NCBI GenBank assembly: GCA_964276515.1 | Contig: OZ193909.1 | Coordinates: 6,014,001-6,078,000 of the forward strand | Length of the DNA: 64,000 nt | From: Gordius albopunctatus | Taxonomy: Eukaryota | Direction: 5' to 3' | Shown: in pieces, positions 26,593-38,800 of the stretch | Numbering within the stretch: the stretch's first letter is position 1 | How the letters are laid out: each line of letters starts with the position of its first letter | Program-made: the position numbers and the translations under genes | Notes under the pieces: generated by a model | Told to the model about the DNA's origin: nothing | What the model saw: only the letters and a program-made list of their open reading frames with translations | Database searches by the model: none

Positions 26593-28667
26593 ACTATATC
26601 GGATATAATTGATTTGCATACATTGTTGTTCACACTTATTCACGCCGATAAAAGATATGTAATATTTATATATAATATATTTTACAAATATCAAATAAAA
26701 TTATCACTATCGTCACAAACGATAAAAATTGTTACAAAGCGGTCGTTTGCGTTTAAAAGTCAAATTTAGAGGTGTATTGTTTTGTGTATAAATAAATTAC
26801 AATAATATGGTAAAAATTTGTCGATTCAAATAATGGGCATTGAAACATAGATGGAACGCCTGCCTACTCATCTATATTTACAAAACATTCCGACCACCCA
26901 AAAAGTTGAGAATCTTTAAAATTAGGATAAACGCATCTGATCGATTCCTTGGATTTCATTCCATTCCCTGTGCAATAAATTTTTTGAAACAAACATTGCT
27001 ATAATTTATGAAATAAATTTGAATCACCAGCAGCATTAATAAACTCAAAATTCAACAATTTCCAAATGTATATGATGAAGCAACAAAGTTAAATGAGGGT
27101 TTCGCCAGATATGATTGTGTCTTATAAGTTATAATTTCATGATAATTTTACCATACGCAATATATTTCACTTATAAGTGCACTGATTAAAAACGCCCAAC
27201 TTTTCGGTCACTGACATTAATTTAAAAAATCAAATTTAACCACAACAGAGAAATAATATTGAGTAAAAAATTTTAAATGGGCCAATCAATCCCAATATAT
27301 TGAAATCAGAAAAAACACGGAAAACGTCAAAATAAATTAAAAACCCGACTTTTTGAGTGATTTTTGAAGGGGTTCTCTGAAAGAGATAAGACCGGCCTCG
27401 ATCATTTTCATGTGCAAATTTTGGATGCCTACGAAGCAGATGACGGAATGTGTGTTATATTCCATTTTGCGAAATTGGAAACCCAACTGCTTATTCGTGT
27501 ACTTCGAGAGGTATTGTTTAGCCTAGACAAATACAATGATGAACATATATGTATCACGAAAAAGGTGAGAGATTTCACAAAGTCCTTTACAAACTTGGAC
27601 GCAGAATATTGGAATTGACTCAGCAGGACTTTGAGCAAACTTCGAAGGTTTAAATCATTGTATAAGTAGAGCCTTGCAAAAATAAATTTCGTCGGTCAGA
27701 ACCCAACGTCCAACTTTTTAATTTGCCCGAGCTCAACCCGATCCCGAAATCTTTTTTTTCTTTCATTTTTAGCTTACCAGAAATTCACCCAAGCCTGGCC
27801 CGGCCTTTGGCCTGATATTCGTATCCGTAATAAGGCGAACCCCTTCCCATTATTAAAATTTTTCCCAGTTTGTCTGGAAAAAGGGAGAATTAAAGAATTA
27901 TACACATTATTATTAAAAATGGTGTGGTAAAGCTTCTGAAAGGGCGAGAGGGCCATTTTTGCGCCTCCTTTAACCTAATTTACCTCAAATTATGGACCAC
28001 CCGAGGAAAAACTAAAAACGTACAAATGTCCAGTGTAAATTTCTCCATTAGAATTAGTGGTGAGATAACGGGATAGAATCACAAAGCCATGATTTATAGA
28101 CCTGTGTAATTGGAGGCCTAAGCTTAAATCGATCAAAAAGAGCACAAATTCTATCAACAATTTTTAATTTTTAAATTCGCATATGGTTTTACAATAAAAG
28201 TTTGAGATGTGTCGGGAGGATTAGTTTTATGGCTAACATAAACTTAATTTCTTAGGTTAACTCTTTCGGCAAAGCAAAGTTTTGTTTTGCGGCATCGGCC
28301 AACCTTGTGTTTTAATTCACCCATTTTGTAATTAAATCCTGAGTTTTGGTTTTATTTGCTAGTATGAACTAAACCCAGCGAAATAAGTTTAAATTAAGAC
28401 GACATCATAGATCGCTGTAAAACTAAAGAACTGGGCCTGGGTACTGTCGTAAGAGTTACATAGAGGGGGGAGCGCTAGTTTGATAGTTTTATAGAGGCCT
28501 ACATTCAGTTATACGTTTAATAGATTGAAAACCCAAATGTTAAAATTAAACCGAGTTGTTCTATTCTATTAAACCATTTATATTTTTTAATCAATAGTTA
28601 AATACAAGTTAAATACAATTTTTTCCAAATTTAAAAGATGGATCAAGTTAGATACAAATAGACAATG

Positions 28668-31600
28668 TTAAATATTTTTAAAGTAATTTATAATTAGATA
28701 TCGGTTTGAAACAATTACCGACATGTCTTTGGATTCATTTACGCTAACTTTATCCAGAATAAAAATGAGCGAGAGAGCAGGAACACCCATACACATTTCG
28801 GACAGCTTCTCTATTTGGTAATATTCGAAGTTTTGATTCATCCCCATATCAACCAAGTACATCTGATACTACAAATTAATGAAAATGCGTAAACATAAAC
28901 ATTGTGAATTAATCTTTTTTTGGCAGCGCTAAAGTTAAAACAAATAAAATTTTATATGAAATATATGATATAGCATTTCAAAAACGGGTCCGGTCGGGCA
29001 AGATTCATGCATTCGGCTAAACATTTTTAAAGCAATTATTGCTTATAACTAATCCAATTTTCTTAATAACCATACCCAGCCAAAAAAATTTTTATTTTGT
29101 CCAAAGTTACATGGTTCATTCAATTCTGTATATGCTTAAGTTCTAATATATTGTAAAATTGGTAGAAAACTCCTTAGATGTGAATGTCATAGAATCAATT
29201 AAAAACGACTCTCGACATATTTTGAAATTAATCTCCATATATTTTATAAACATTGAGACGAATTCGTATTTACCACACATGTAATATAGTATTTATTCGC
29301 GAAAACTAAACTTAGCTTAGAATGCTAATGTGTATTCTTTCCTACTCTTTGTGAAACTTTTTTATGAGGAAAAAACGAAAAAATAGAATATTAGTTGATT
29401 TAATAACCATGTCAATCGGTCTCTATTTGGGCAATAATTTTGTAGCTTCTAAAGTCTAAATGCGATATCGAGACACGAATTATTTAAAAAAATATTTCTC
29501 ACTCTTTCCTTGTCAATCCTAGAAGCATATTGGCCTCGGTAGTATCTCCTGTGCTGAGCGTCATAACACGCGTAAAACTGATAGTATAAATAGAAATAGA
29601 ATTTGTTTAAAATATAAAATATGATCAGTGAAAACTCATAAAGATTTTGCACCAACATTCCACTAACCTCTAGCCCTTGACGCGGTAGGATAACTTATGG
29701 AAGATTATTAATTTTTTGATAAAATTAAAAGAAAAAAATTGGGAGACCTAAGACATAATATTTTTAAAAAATTTCATGAATCAATATTATTAATTAATAT
29801 TTTATATCAATTAAAGCTACCTAATAGCATCCAGCATTCACAAACATTTATAATTAACAAAGATAACTATTTTAAAAGGTTTAAAATTTAAAATGATGAC
29901 AAATTAAAGTGATCCAATAATTTTATCAAAAACCTCATTTGCACCTTATAATAATCAAAAATACCAAAGAGCAGAAGCTACCTAATCAATTAGAACACAT
30001 ATAAAGTATTTGAATCAGGCAGAATGAATACTAAGAAAGTGTCATCAACCCTTTATACATCCTAAAACTCTAACTATATTAAAAAATACCAAGTCAAAAC
30101 TATCTTTCTTACATAGTAGCAACATGGAAAAAGATTTATTTTTGAAGATTTTGCGTCAAAATTTGCTTACAAAGCTATTTAAAAAAAATATGCTTTGATA
30201 AATGTACTTCTCCAATCATAATCTTATTGCATTCTTTAATCCTGGCGGAGCGCATGTCTTGTTCCACCAACTTCAGCCTTGTCAATTCACTGTTCAAAAT
30301 ACCACAAAACGAGATAGGGCCCGTGACATGCGTAACCAGAACTTTTGTCTAAGCAAATGATTATACCAACATTTTTAAATTGTATGTAGATTGGAGTTTA
30401 GGCAGAATATAAGTTTTTACCATCTTTAAAAATGATAAGTCTTAACAAATTGCAATGTCTAAAATAAAAAATTTTGAAGGCATATATTTTATTCTTGAAA
30501 AAATGTTGAATATCCCAAATTCAAATTGATATAAAATAGAATTTAATTAATAAGCATATTAATAGAACCAAAGTCATAGATTTTGCCAATTTTATTAAGG
30601 CTTGCATTAAATTACCCACAAAAATACAAACTTCACGTCAGTATATATCAAGTTAATTGAAATATTATATTAATGCATACTAATAAAAACTTTACTATTA
30701 GATATGTATAAATATGTTATTTAGTGTATAAAAAATTAAGAAAGATTAAAATAGCTCAGTTAGTTTCATAAATCATCTAAATCAATTAGTAATCAATTAA
30801 AATAGTATTTCAAAATTATTTTATTTTTATGTGTTTAATAAGTTTATGGCAATAACTTTATGTGTGCAAATTTGAAGGTTACCCAAAGATTTACAAATTA
30901 TAGTTGCAAAATAAGAATAATTTTAAAAATCTTAAATATAGGAGTTAAGCTTTAAAGAAAGATAAAAAACCATTTATAGCCTTAATATTTGATAATTGAG
31001 CAAACATTAATGCAAAATGTAATATATAATAAGTAGAAAATTTTTACAAATTTTTGCTTATTCATTGATTCAATTTAGTAATTAGACCGCCAATCAAACC
31101 TCATGATATAATTTGAAATTAATGGTAGATGATGGTTGATATATGCTTTTCCATAACTCTGATTTTTGTAAATTGTTTAAATTAGCTTTGTCTTGTATTT
31201 TAGAGTGTGGGCTTAAATTAGATGAATGCAGGAATTCTGGGGAAATATTTTTTCTTTCATTTGAGTATTTTAAAGGAGAAACACCATATATTCTATAAAA
31301 AATGTATGTTTTATGAAATTAAATTCAAATAAAAAACCAATATAATGCTATTTATATACTCAGAATGTCCATTTTCGAGAATTTGGGTCCACAATATATT
31401 TGTTTCAGTAAATCCCTTAGAATCTAGGCCTTCAATTAGCATTTTTAACCCTGATCTTAGATTAACATATAACTAAAAGATATATTATATTTACTTGCCA
31501 TCAGCTTTAAAAATCTGCAAATATCGTCTCGTAACAACACGCCCATTAAAATGATTATAAAAGTCCTTTCTTTCATTCTCAGAATCAAAGTTACACAATC

Positions 31601-31787
31601 TAAACATCATTTATAGTATATTTATCAAAAAAATTTACATCCATGGTGACAATATTTTAAAGTCAACTTTAGACTTCCAATTAGTATTCTTCAACCACAA
31701 GTCAAACTCCTAAAAACATTAGAAAAAAAGATAAAATATTACATTTGGTTGAGGAAAATCTTGAATCAGGGCATAGTAAACACTCAT
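28668..31787 (-). CDS. RRM-like plus extended Tudor domain protein (TDRD-like); 3' end uncertain
   Basis: Phase-consistent exons 31787-31743, 31709-31639, 31599-31495 (or 31499 with a GC donor), 31455 (or 31450)-31360, 31292-31100, 30348-30208, 29577-29503, 28862-(about 28668). Tudor signature KVLVTHVTGPISFCG...IGE|FYACYDAQHRRYYRG...|MYLVDMG...VPALS; N-terminus YALIQDFP...ILCNFDSENERKDFYNHFNG resembles an RRM. Confidence 0.75.
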
Positions 31788-32162
31788 AGCCCGTTTCGTT
31801 TGAAAAGGCAAAGTTTTTAAAGGCAAATGGTGATCAACCGATCACCAAATTGGTCAACATCATGTTAACGCTTGTTATAATAATTATCATTACACCAAAT
31901 ACAAAGCAGGCAAAAATTCTCTAATATTCCAAGTGAATATGCTAATAGTTCAATCTTAGCATTCCATTCCACCTCATATATCTCATCCATTCCAAGTAAA
32001 TATTATGTAAATTTGTTTGAAATTTTATAGTTGTAAATACAACTTAGTTTAATCTTCAACCACAAATATTCAAAGTAATTTTTTGTCAATTTAATCACAT
32101 TTTGAAAATTTTAGATCAATGCTCAAAAATAGAATGTTGCTAAGTAATTTTATGTCATGAGT

Positions 32163-32370
32163 ATATTGATTGCTGTATTAGGTGATGTTTGTACCTCTAA
32201 TATAACTGTGCCATCCCAGATATATACTACCTTAAGTGACTTTATATTAGATTTATATTGATTGTATTAGGTGATGTTTGTACCTCTAATTCTGTGCAAT
32301 CCCATATATATACTCCCTTAAGTAAATTTATATTAGATTTATATTGATTGTATTAGGTGATGTTTGTACC
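32163..32370. repeat. Tandem repeat, about 85-90-bp unit, about 2.4 copies
   Basis: TGTATTAGGTGATGTTTGTACCT recurs at about 32174, 32263 and 32349; the third copy is cut by a TAGAGTTG element. Confidence 0.85.
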
Positions 32371-32570
32371 TAGAGTTGTTAAATTGCCAACTTTAGCAAT
32401 GCTAACTATGTGCTATGCTCGAGCACGAACAGTAGCTATGTAATATGCTAGTTTAGCACAATGAGTGCTAACTGTTCGGTGCAATAGATTTAATAGTAGC
32501 ACATAAAAATGCTCGAGAGGTTAGTCGAAGCAGCCAAATCTGTTAAAAAATTTAGCAGATATAAATATGC
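32371..32570. mobile_element. TAGAGTTG-type TIR element end (second subfamily)
   Basis: Starts TAGAGTTGTTAAATTG; about 170 bp shared with 44007-44180; right boundary approximate. Confidence 0.7.
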
Positions 32571-32857
32571 CTACAAATTATGCATAATCTTACCAAATGA
32601 TTTTCATTATCTAGAGAATTTGAATCATTAAAAGAGGTAGATTGAGAATCCATTTTATAATAAATATTTATGCGTGTTTGTTTATAAAAACTCATATAAA
32701 AAATTAAGCGTGAGATTGAGAGTAAGGGTGCGTCTTAAAATAAGATTTTGCATAGATGCAAAAAAAACGAATACACGTTAAAATATAGTTCTGTCTTAAT
32801 ACGCGCTTCATTTCAATTTTGTATCTTGGCTGTTTGCTTTCGATTGTGATACACCAG

Positions 32858-33160
32858 ATGCAAGCTATTGAGTAAGCTATTACTTTGTCCTAATATGTAT
32901 ACATATTTAGACAAGAACAAACCAAAAAGTTTATTAGAAGCTTTGAAACGCAAATAATAATTTGGGATGATGCCCAAAAACATCACATGAATAAAATACA
33001 AGTAGCAAAAGCCTGGCAAGTAGTGGCCAATGATTGCAACTTGTCAGGTAATTAATAACAATAAATATTAAAGTTTTAATAGTGTATCAATGCAAATCCA
33101 AATGGAAAACTTTGAGGAATAGTTTTAGAACAGAGAAAAATAAGAGGACTGAGCCAAGTG
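32858..33160 (+). pseudogene. MADF (Myb/SANT-like) domain gene, 3' part lost at an RTE insertion
   Basis: Exons 32858-32871, 32911-33047, 33083-33160 (39- and 35-bp GT-AG introns) read MQAIEQEQTKKFIRSFETQIIIWDDAQKHHMNKIQVAKAWQVVANDCNLSVYQCKSKWKTLRNSFRTEKNKRTEPSG, with the MADF WD...AW...C..KW..LR pattern. Confidence 0.85.
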
Positions 33161-35022
33161 GTGGAATGACTCGGTCAAAGAGGTTATCTACGATGGTACA
33201 AAACGAAGAAAGGAGAAGACTACGAGGCATATCGTGAAGCGAAACGCAAAGCTAAGATAGCGGTCGCGATAGCGAAGAACGAGGCTTACACCGAGATGGC
33301 AAACAAGCTCGATACCAAGGGCGGCGACATAGTCATGTATAAACTCGCAAAGATCAGGGAGAAAAAAAGTCGAGATGTCGGGACACTTAAAGTCATTAAA
33401 AGCGAAGAGGGACGAAAGTTGTGCAAACCGAAGGAAGTCATCAAAAGATGGAAAGATTATTTCCAAAATATGATGAACAAAACGAATGATAGAAGACCGC
33501 TAGAGAGGGTGGAACCGAACTCGAACTTGGTTTTACCATTTCAGGCTTATGAAATAGGAGCGCAACTAACGAAGATGCGGAAAGGGAAAGCGCTAGGTCC
33601 CGATGATCTACCGATCGAAGCTTGGCTTGGGTGCAAAGGAGAAGGAATCGACATAATGACAGGTCTATTTAACGCTATGCTGTATGAGAGTCGTATCCCT
33701 GACCAATGGAGGGAAAGTACGATCATACCCATATACAAAGGTAAAGGAGACGCGCAGGAATGTGGCAACTTTAGAGGTATCAAGTTGACCTGCCACTCAC
33801 TAAAACTACTAGAAAGGGTGCTAGTGAAAAGGCTCAATGACGAAGTTTGTCTCTGGCCCAATCAGTTTGGATTTGTGGCCGGTAAATCAACGATTGACCC
33901 AATATTTGCGTTGAAGCAGACGATGGAAAAATATGGCGAAATAAGAAAGAAATTACACATGGTCTTCATCGATTTAGAAAAGGCCTACGATACGGTTCCG
34001 AGAGACTTAATATGGTGGTCCCTTAGAGCCAGAAATATACCCGAAGGTTATGTTCGACTTATCAAGGAAATGTATAATGGCGCGGTTGCATCTGTTAGGA
34101 CTATCTTAGGAGTAACGAAACCCTTCCGAATAATGATCGGACTACATCAAGGATCAGCGTTAAGCCCATTCTTGTTTAATCTAATTATGGATACAATAAC
34201 AAAGGACTTGTACAAGCCAGCCCCTTGGACTATGCTATATCCCGACGATATTGTCCTATGCGATGAAACAAGAGAAGGGGTTTTTCATCAGGCGAAAAAA
34301 TGGTCAGAACGTTTCTCGGAATTCGGGTTAAAGGTCAGCGAAAAGAAAACGGTTTACATGCAAACGATGGGCGGTAGTCCGCAAATGCACAAAATTGACG
34401 GTCCAAGGTACACGGAGGTTGATAAGTTCACATATCTTGGCTCGCTATTACATCAAGAGGGAGGATGTACCGCCGAAGTTCCTTCTCGGATCAAGAAAGC
34501 ATGGCTCAAGTGGCGCGGCATCTCCGGTGTCATGTGTGACAAAAAGATACCAATTTGGTTGAAAAGCAAGGCGTACAAAACCATCATGCGACCGGTCTTG
34601 CTTTACGGGAGCGAAACATGGGCTGTAACCACCGCGGAGGAGAAACTTTTGCAAGTCACGGAAATGAGAATGGTGCGATGGAGCTTAGGCTACACCAAGC
34701 TGGATCGCATGACGAACGAATCCTTGATGACAAAGATGGGTATACAAGCGACGAAGGACTTCTTAAGAGAAAATCGACTGCGGTGGTACGGCCATGTATT
34801 ACGAAGAGACGAAGACGATGTCACACGCCGAACGCTGGAGATGGACGTGCCTGGAAGAAGAGGAAGGGGCAGACCACGTGCCACCTGGAAACGACTGGTC
34901 GAAAAGGATATGGACGTCAAACAGATGGAAATTGGCATGGCATTCACACGACTCAGATGGAAGAGGCTGCTGAAAACGTACCCCACGTCTGTGGGACTTT
35001 CAACACGATAAAGAAGAAGAAG
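33158..35022 (+). mobile_element. 5'-truncated copy of the same RTE family (RT ORF 33296-35011)
   Basis: Near-identical to about 24709-26592; 22-bp deletion near its 5' end; YADD changed to YPDD; (AAG)n tail; no recognisable TSD. Confidence 0.95.
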
Positions 35023-35649
35023 AGAGAAAGAGAGAAGTAAATGAAATGAGTCATCTCATGGCATGTATGTGCATGTGGAAGTGAAGTGGATGAGGGAGGA
35101 GAGGAGGGAGCCGACGCCGAGTCATTGAAAACAATAGAATTAAATATCTACTACCAAACCAACTTAACTTAAACTTTACACCCTCTCCTCTCTCCTCTCC
35201 AGTCAAGTCATATCATAAGCCAGCCCATCAACTAGTGGGACTGGGAGTTTGCCAACTCCTGCGAGCGAGACGTAATTAATAATAGGTTATCACCTACTAC
35301 AAACTTAGTTACATATGGCGGTTTTTAGGGACTGTATATAAAATTAAGGAGTGATGAAAGGACCTCATACTTATTGCGTCACCTCCACTAACATTTGTTA
35401 ATTTCATAATTTAAGTCATCAATATTTGAACAAGTTATTTTTAGATGAAATCTTTAGAAATTCAAATTTTTTAAATAATATTTATTAAACGAGAGCCAAA
35501 AATTCTTAAAAAAGTAAGAGCTTAGTATCCATGCATATTTTATAAGAATAAACATATATTTAAACTTTATCTTAAATGTAATCGCCTAAAATAGAATATT
35601 TTGATATCCTTTTTAATTTAAATTACTATAAATGTTTCCCCAATGTTCC

Positions 35650-35895
35650 TACAAAAATTTAAGGAAATCGATGGGCTGAACATCCCTCTGGATGTTTCCA
35701 CACGTTGGAATAGCACCTACAATATGCTATCCATTATAAATAAAGTAATATAAAATATTTTGAAATTTATAAACAAATTAGAATATTATGACAATAAATT
35801 CTACTGATCCCTTCGAGGGAATTACATTATCCAATGAAGAAATTGATATTATGAACCAAATAGAAAAATTTTTATTTCCCTTTTATAGCGTAACC
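35650..35895 (+). pseudogene. hAT transposase fragment
   Basis: KFKEIDGLNIPLDVSTRWNSTYNML (hAT D..TRWNS motif), a probable 37-bp intron at 35745-35781, then ITLSNEEIDIMNQIEKFLFPFYSVT. Confidence 0.8.
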
Positions 35896-38800
35896 AATTT
35901 AATTTTATTTTATAAATATATAAAGTTTATTAATATATGGCTAATTATAATACGGTAAAATGTGATACAAATTTAGTATATTAAAAAGAAAAAAATTAAA
36001 TAAGAGCGTTAAATAGCTAATATATCTTCATCTTCCTCTTTGAACGAAGGACAAGAATCCAAAAAGGATTTAAAGTTGAATTTTGAGATTAATATCGCAA
36101 TTGATTGTTTTAGTAGAAATGGGAGAGAATATTTAGAAGGAGGAGATCGTCTGCCTATTTCTTTAAAAAAGGCTAATGCCATTTTCCCATAAGAGCCGGA
36201 ACAGGATGAAACTATGGGGATAAAAATACTTGAGTTTAGAAGGGCCTTGTATTTTGTTAATTTGCGCCCCTCGGCGAGGGCCATTGGATCATAATTGAGA
36301 TTTGAAGGGGTAAACAAATCGATGCATGTGAAGTCCAATTTTAAGAATAGACCGTTTTCTCAGGGCACAATTAAACAAAATCTCGTCTCGGGAGCGATTA
36401 TGAAAATGTCGTCTCGTCTCGGTCTAGAAAAATCTCGATCTCGTCTCAACGAGAATTCTCGTCTTGACTTTAAAAAAAAATATGTACTGAATAAAAATTT
36501 CTCCTGTTTTATTAAAAATATTAAATAAGTGTTAAAAATTAAAATGGCAAATATTTATATTTTTTTATAAACTTTAAAACACAAACTTTTTACATTGTCA
36601 ATGTAAAGATATATATTCATTCAAAAAAATAACATTTTCTATGGAAAGTGCAGACTAAAAAACTATAAATAAATTTGAAGTATATAAAAATCAATTTTAT
36701 TGTTCTAGCAAATTATAACATTTGTATCAAATCACTGTGTTTGTCAACTATATAGTTATAGATAGACTTAGATAATAATAAATAGGTTATAGTTGACTTA
36801 GTGGCACAATTTAGCAAATTGAGACCCTTTATTAACCCTGGCTAAAGCCTCAAAGTTGACTTTAACATATTTAAGGCAAACATTTAAGTCCATTAGTACC
36901 ATCATCAATTATAGCCCATAGTGTTTATTGCATGTTTACTATAGCGCTATAAACCACAAAGTGCGAGTGACTTTTAATGATAATATTATGAATTACAGAA
37001 TTGATAACTAGATGCCCCTATAAAAACGGGTAGTAGAAACAACAATAAAAGCATCATTATTATAGGAATAAGAATATGAAGTTTTAAACTTTAAATTGCA
37101 CGTATTTAAATTTATGACAAAAATAATTAAAATCAAATTTATATTCCAAATAATTATCTTCCAATTCTAACTAACTTTGACATTAAATAGTTATTTATCG
37201 AATATAGTTGAAGCATAAAAACTTCTAGAAAACTTATGCTTTAGATTTAATCTATTACGGTGTCATTAAATACTCTATTGTACTTTTGAAATCGTTAAAC
37301 GGGTGCTCAAAAATCTCGAGCCACCTTAGCTTAACTAGTTTAATTATTCAAACTGATTGACCACCAATTTATAATTACCGCATTATGCACGATGAGTAAC
37401 TGCGAAATATAAATATGCTTTGTTTATATTTACTATTCAATCAGATCTCATTCTAAGCCTATAATTTTGTAATATTTAATAATGTTATGGATTCAAATAT
37501 GTGATAAAGATATTATAAAATTATTCACATACCCTAAGGGTCAACCATACTTAGGTATATGTTGCAAAAAATATAATATTTACAGGAATTTTTTTATTGT
37601 CAAATATATTCCATACATATTGATTTACACTTAATACCTTAAATGTAAATCATGCAAATTAAAATACACAATAATTTACTAAAATCTAACGATAAAAAAA
37701 GTCGAGATCTCGCCGAAAAAATCTCGTATCGTCTCGTCTCGACATCGAAATTCTCGACCGAGATTTTTCTCGGTTTTTCCGCATCAATAGTCAGGGCGCC
37801 TTCGACCCTCAAGAGAGGGGTCTGACGGCTCAAGAATGGACGGGATTTTAGCCTTTTTAAGCGCTGACTGGATGATGGAGTTTATTTTAGAGTGTCGTAT
37901 GTGTCTGAATTTGTTTAACCTGCAATGTAATGGATGACGGGCTTCTTCGTCAACTGGCAAGTTGGAATTCCTACATGCATATGGTTTGGTGTATTTGATA
38001 CCAAGGCGTAGAGCTATACTGTAGGATAGCTCGGAGTCATCCAACATCATGTTTGAATATTTACTGGGATAAGCCTCAAGCCATTTGTGGCCAGATTTAT
38101 CAAACACCAATGACCGAAGGTTGTAATGTTGTTTGGTATCGCTTCTCGGAGCGCGAAACCAAACAAGCCTCCCAATCTTTTTGAATGGATGTTTGTGGAT
38201 AGGAGGTTTCTGGAATAACATTAAGGTTCCAGAGGGATAGGACCTTGACGAATGTTTCATCGGAGGGGTATGGGATTAATTTTTCTACAATGGATTTTGA
38301 AGAAAGGTGGGAGGATATGAATGAGGCCAATGATAAGGAGCTTGGTAAACGAATTCCCAGGCCTCCAGATTTTGTTGGTAATGTGGCTTGTAGCCAGGTG
38401 TTTGTATCGAATGATAAGTTGAGGGTGGATTCCATGACGGATTGCGCTTGTAGATCGGAAGCAAAATAATATTTTGGCAATATTAAAGTAGTTTTTTAAT
38501 ATATAAAATCCGTGATGGGCGGGCAGAAACTTAAAAATTTTATTTTTACATTTTAAGTTCTTAAGGTTATTGTCGAGATATTTTTTTAAAGATTCTGGAC
38601 CGCCCATTGGACAACCTAGTAAAATACCTCGTCCTTCTCAAGGCGTAGAAAAGATGCAAAGGATGGGTGGATGTCAGTTGTGCTGTTGGAATAAATTTCG
38701 CATTTTGTCGCATTTAATGATAGATTAAGTTTTATGTAGTATTCATTAATGGTGTCAAGAGCTTTGATTATCTCTTCCGTGGTGCCTGATAGGGTGGCAT

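Noticed and set aside
23996..26769. Antisense and alternate-frame ORFs over the RTE (also over 33188-35040)
   Set aside because: Shadow ORFs of GC-richer coding sequence; their recurrence only reflects the duplicated element.
33083..33296. In-frame MADF-reverse transcriptase fusion
   Set aside because: The MADF frame reaches a TGA shortly after entering the RTE and differs from the RT frame.
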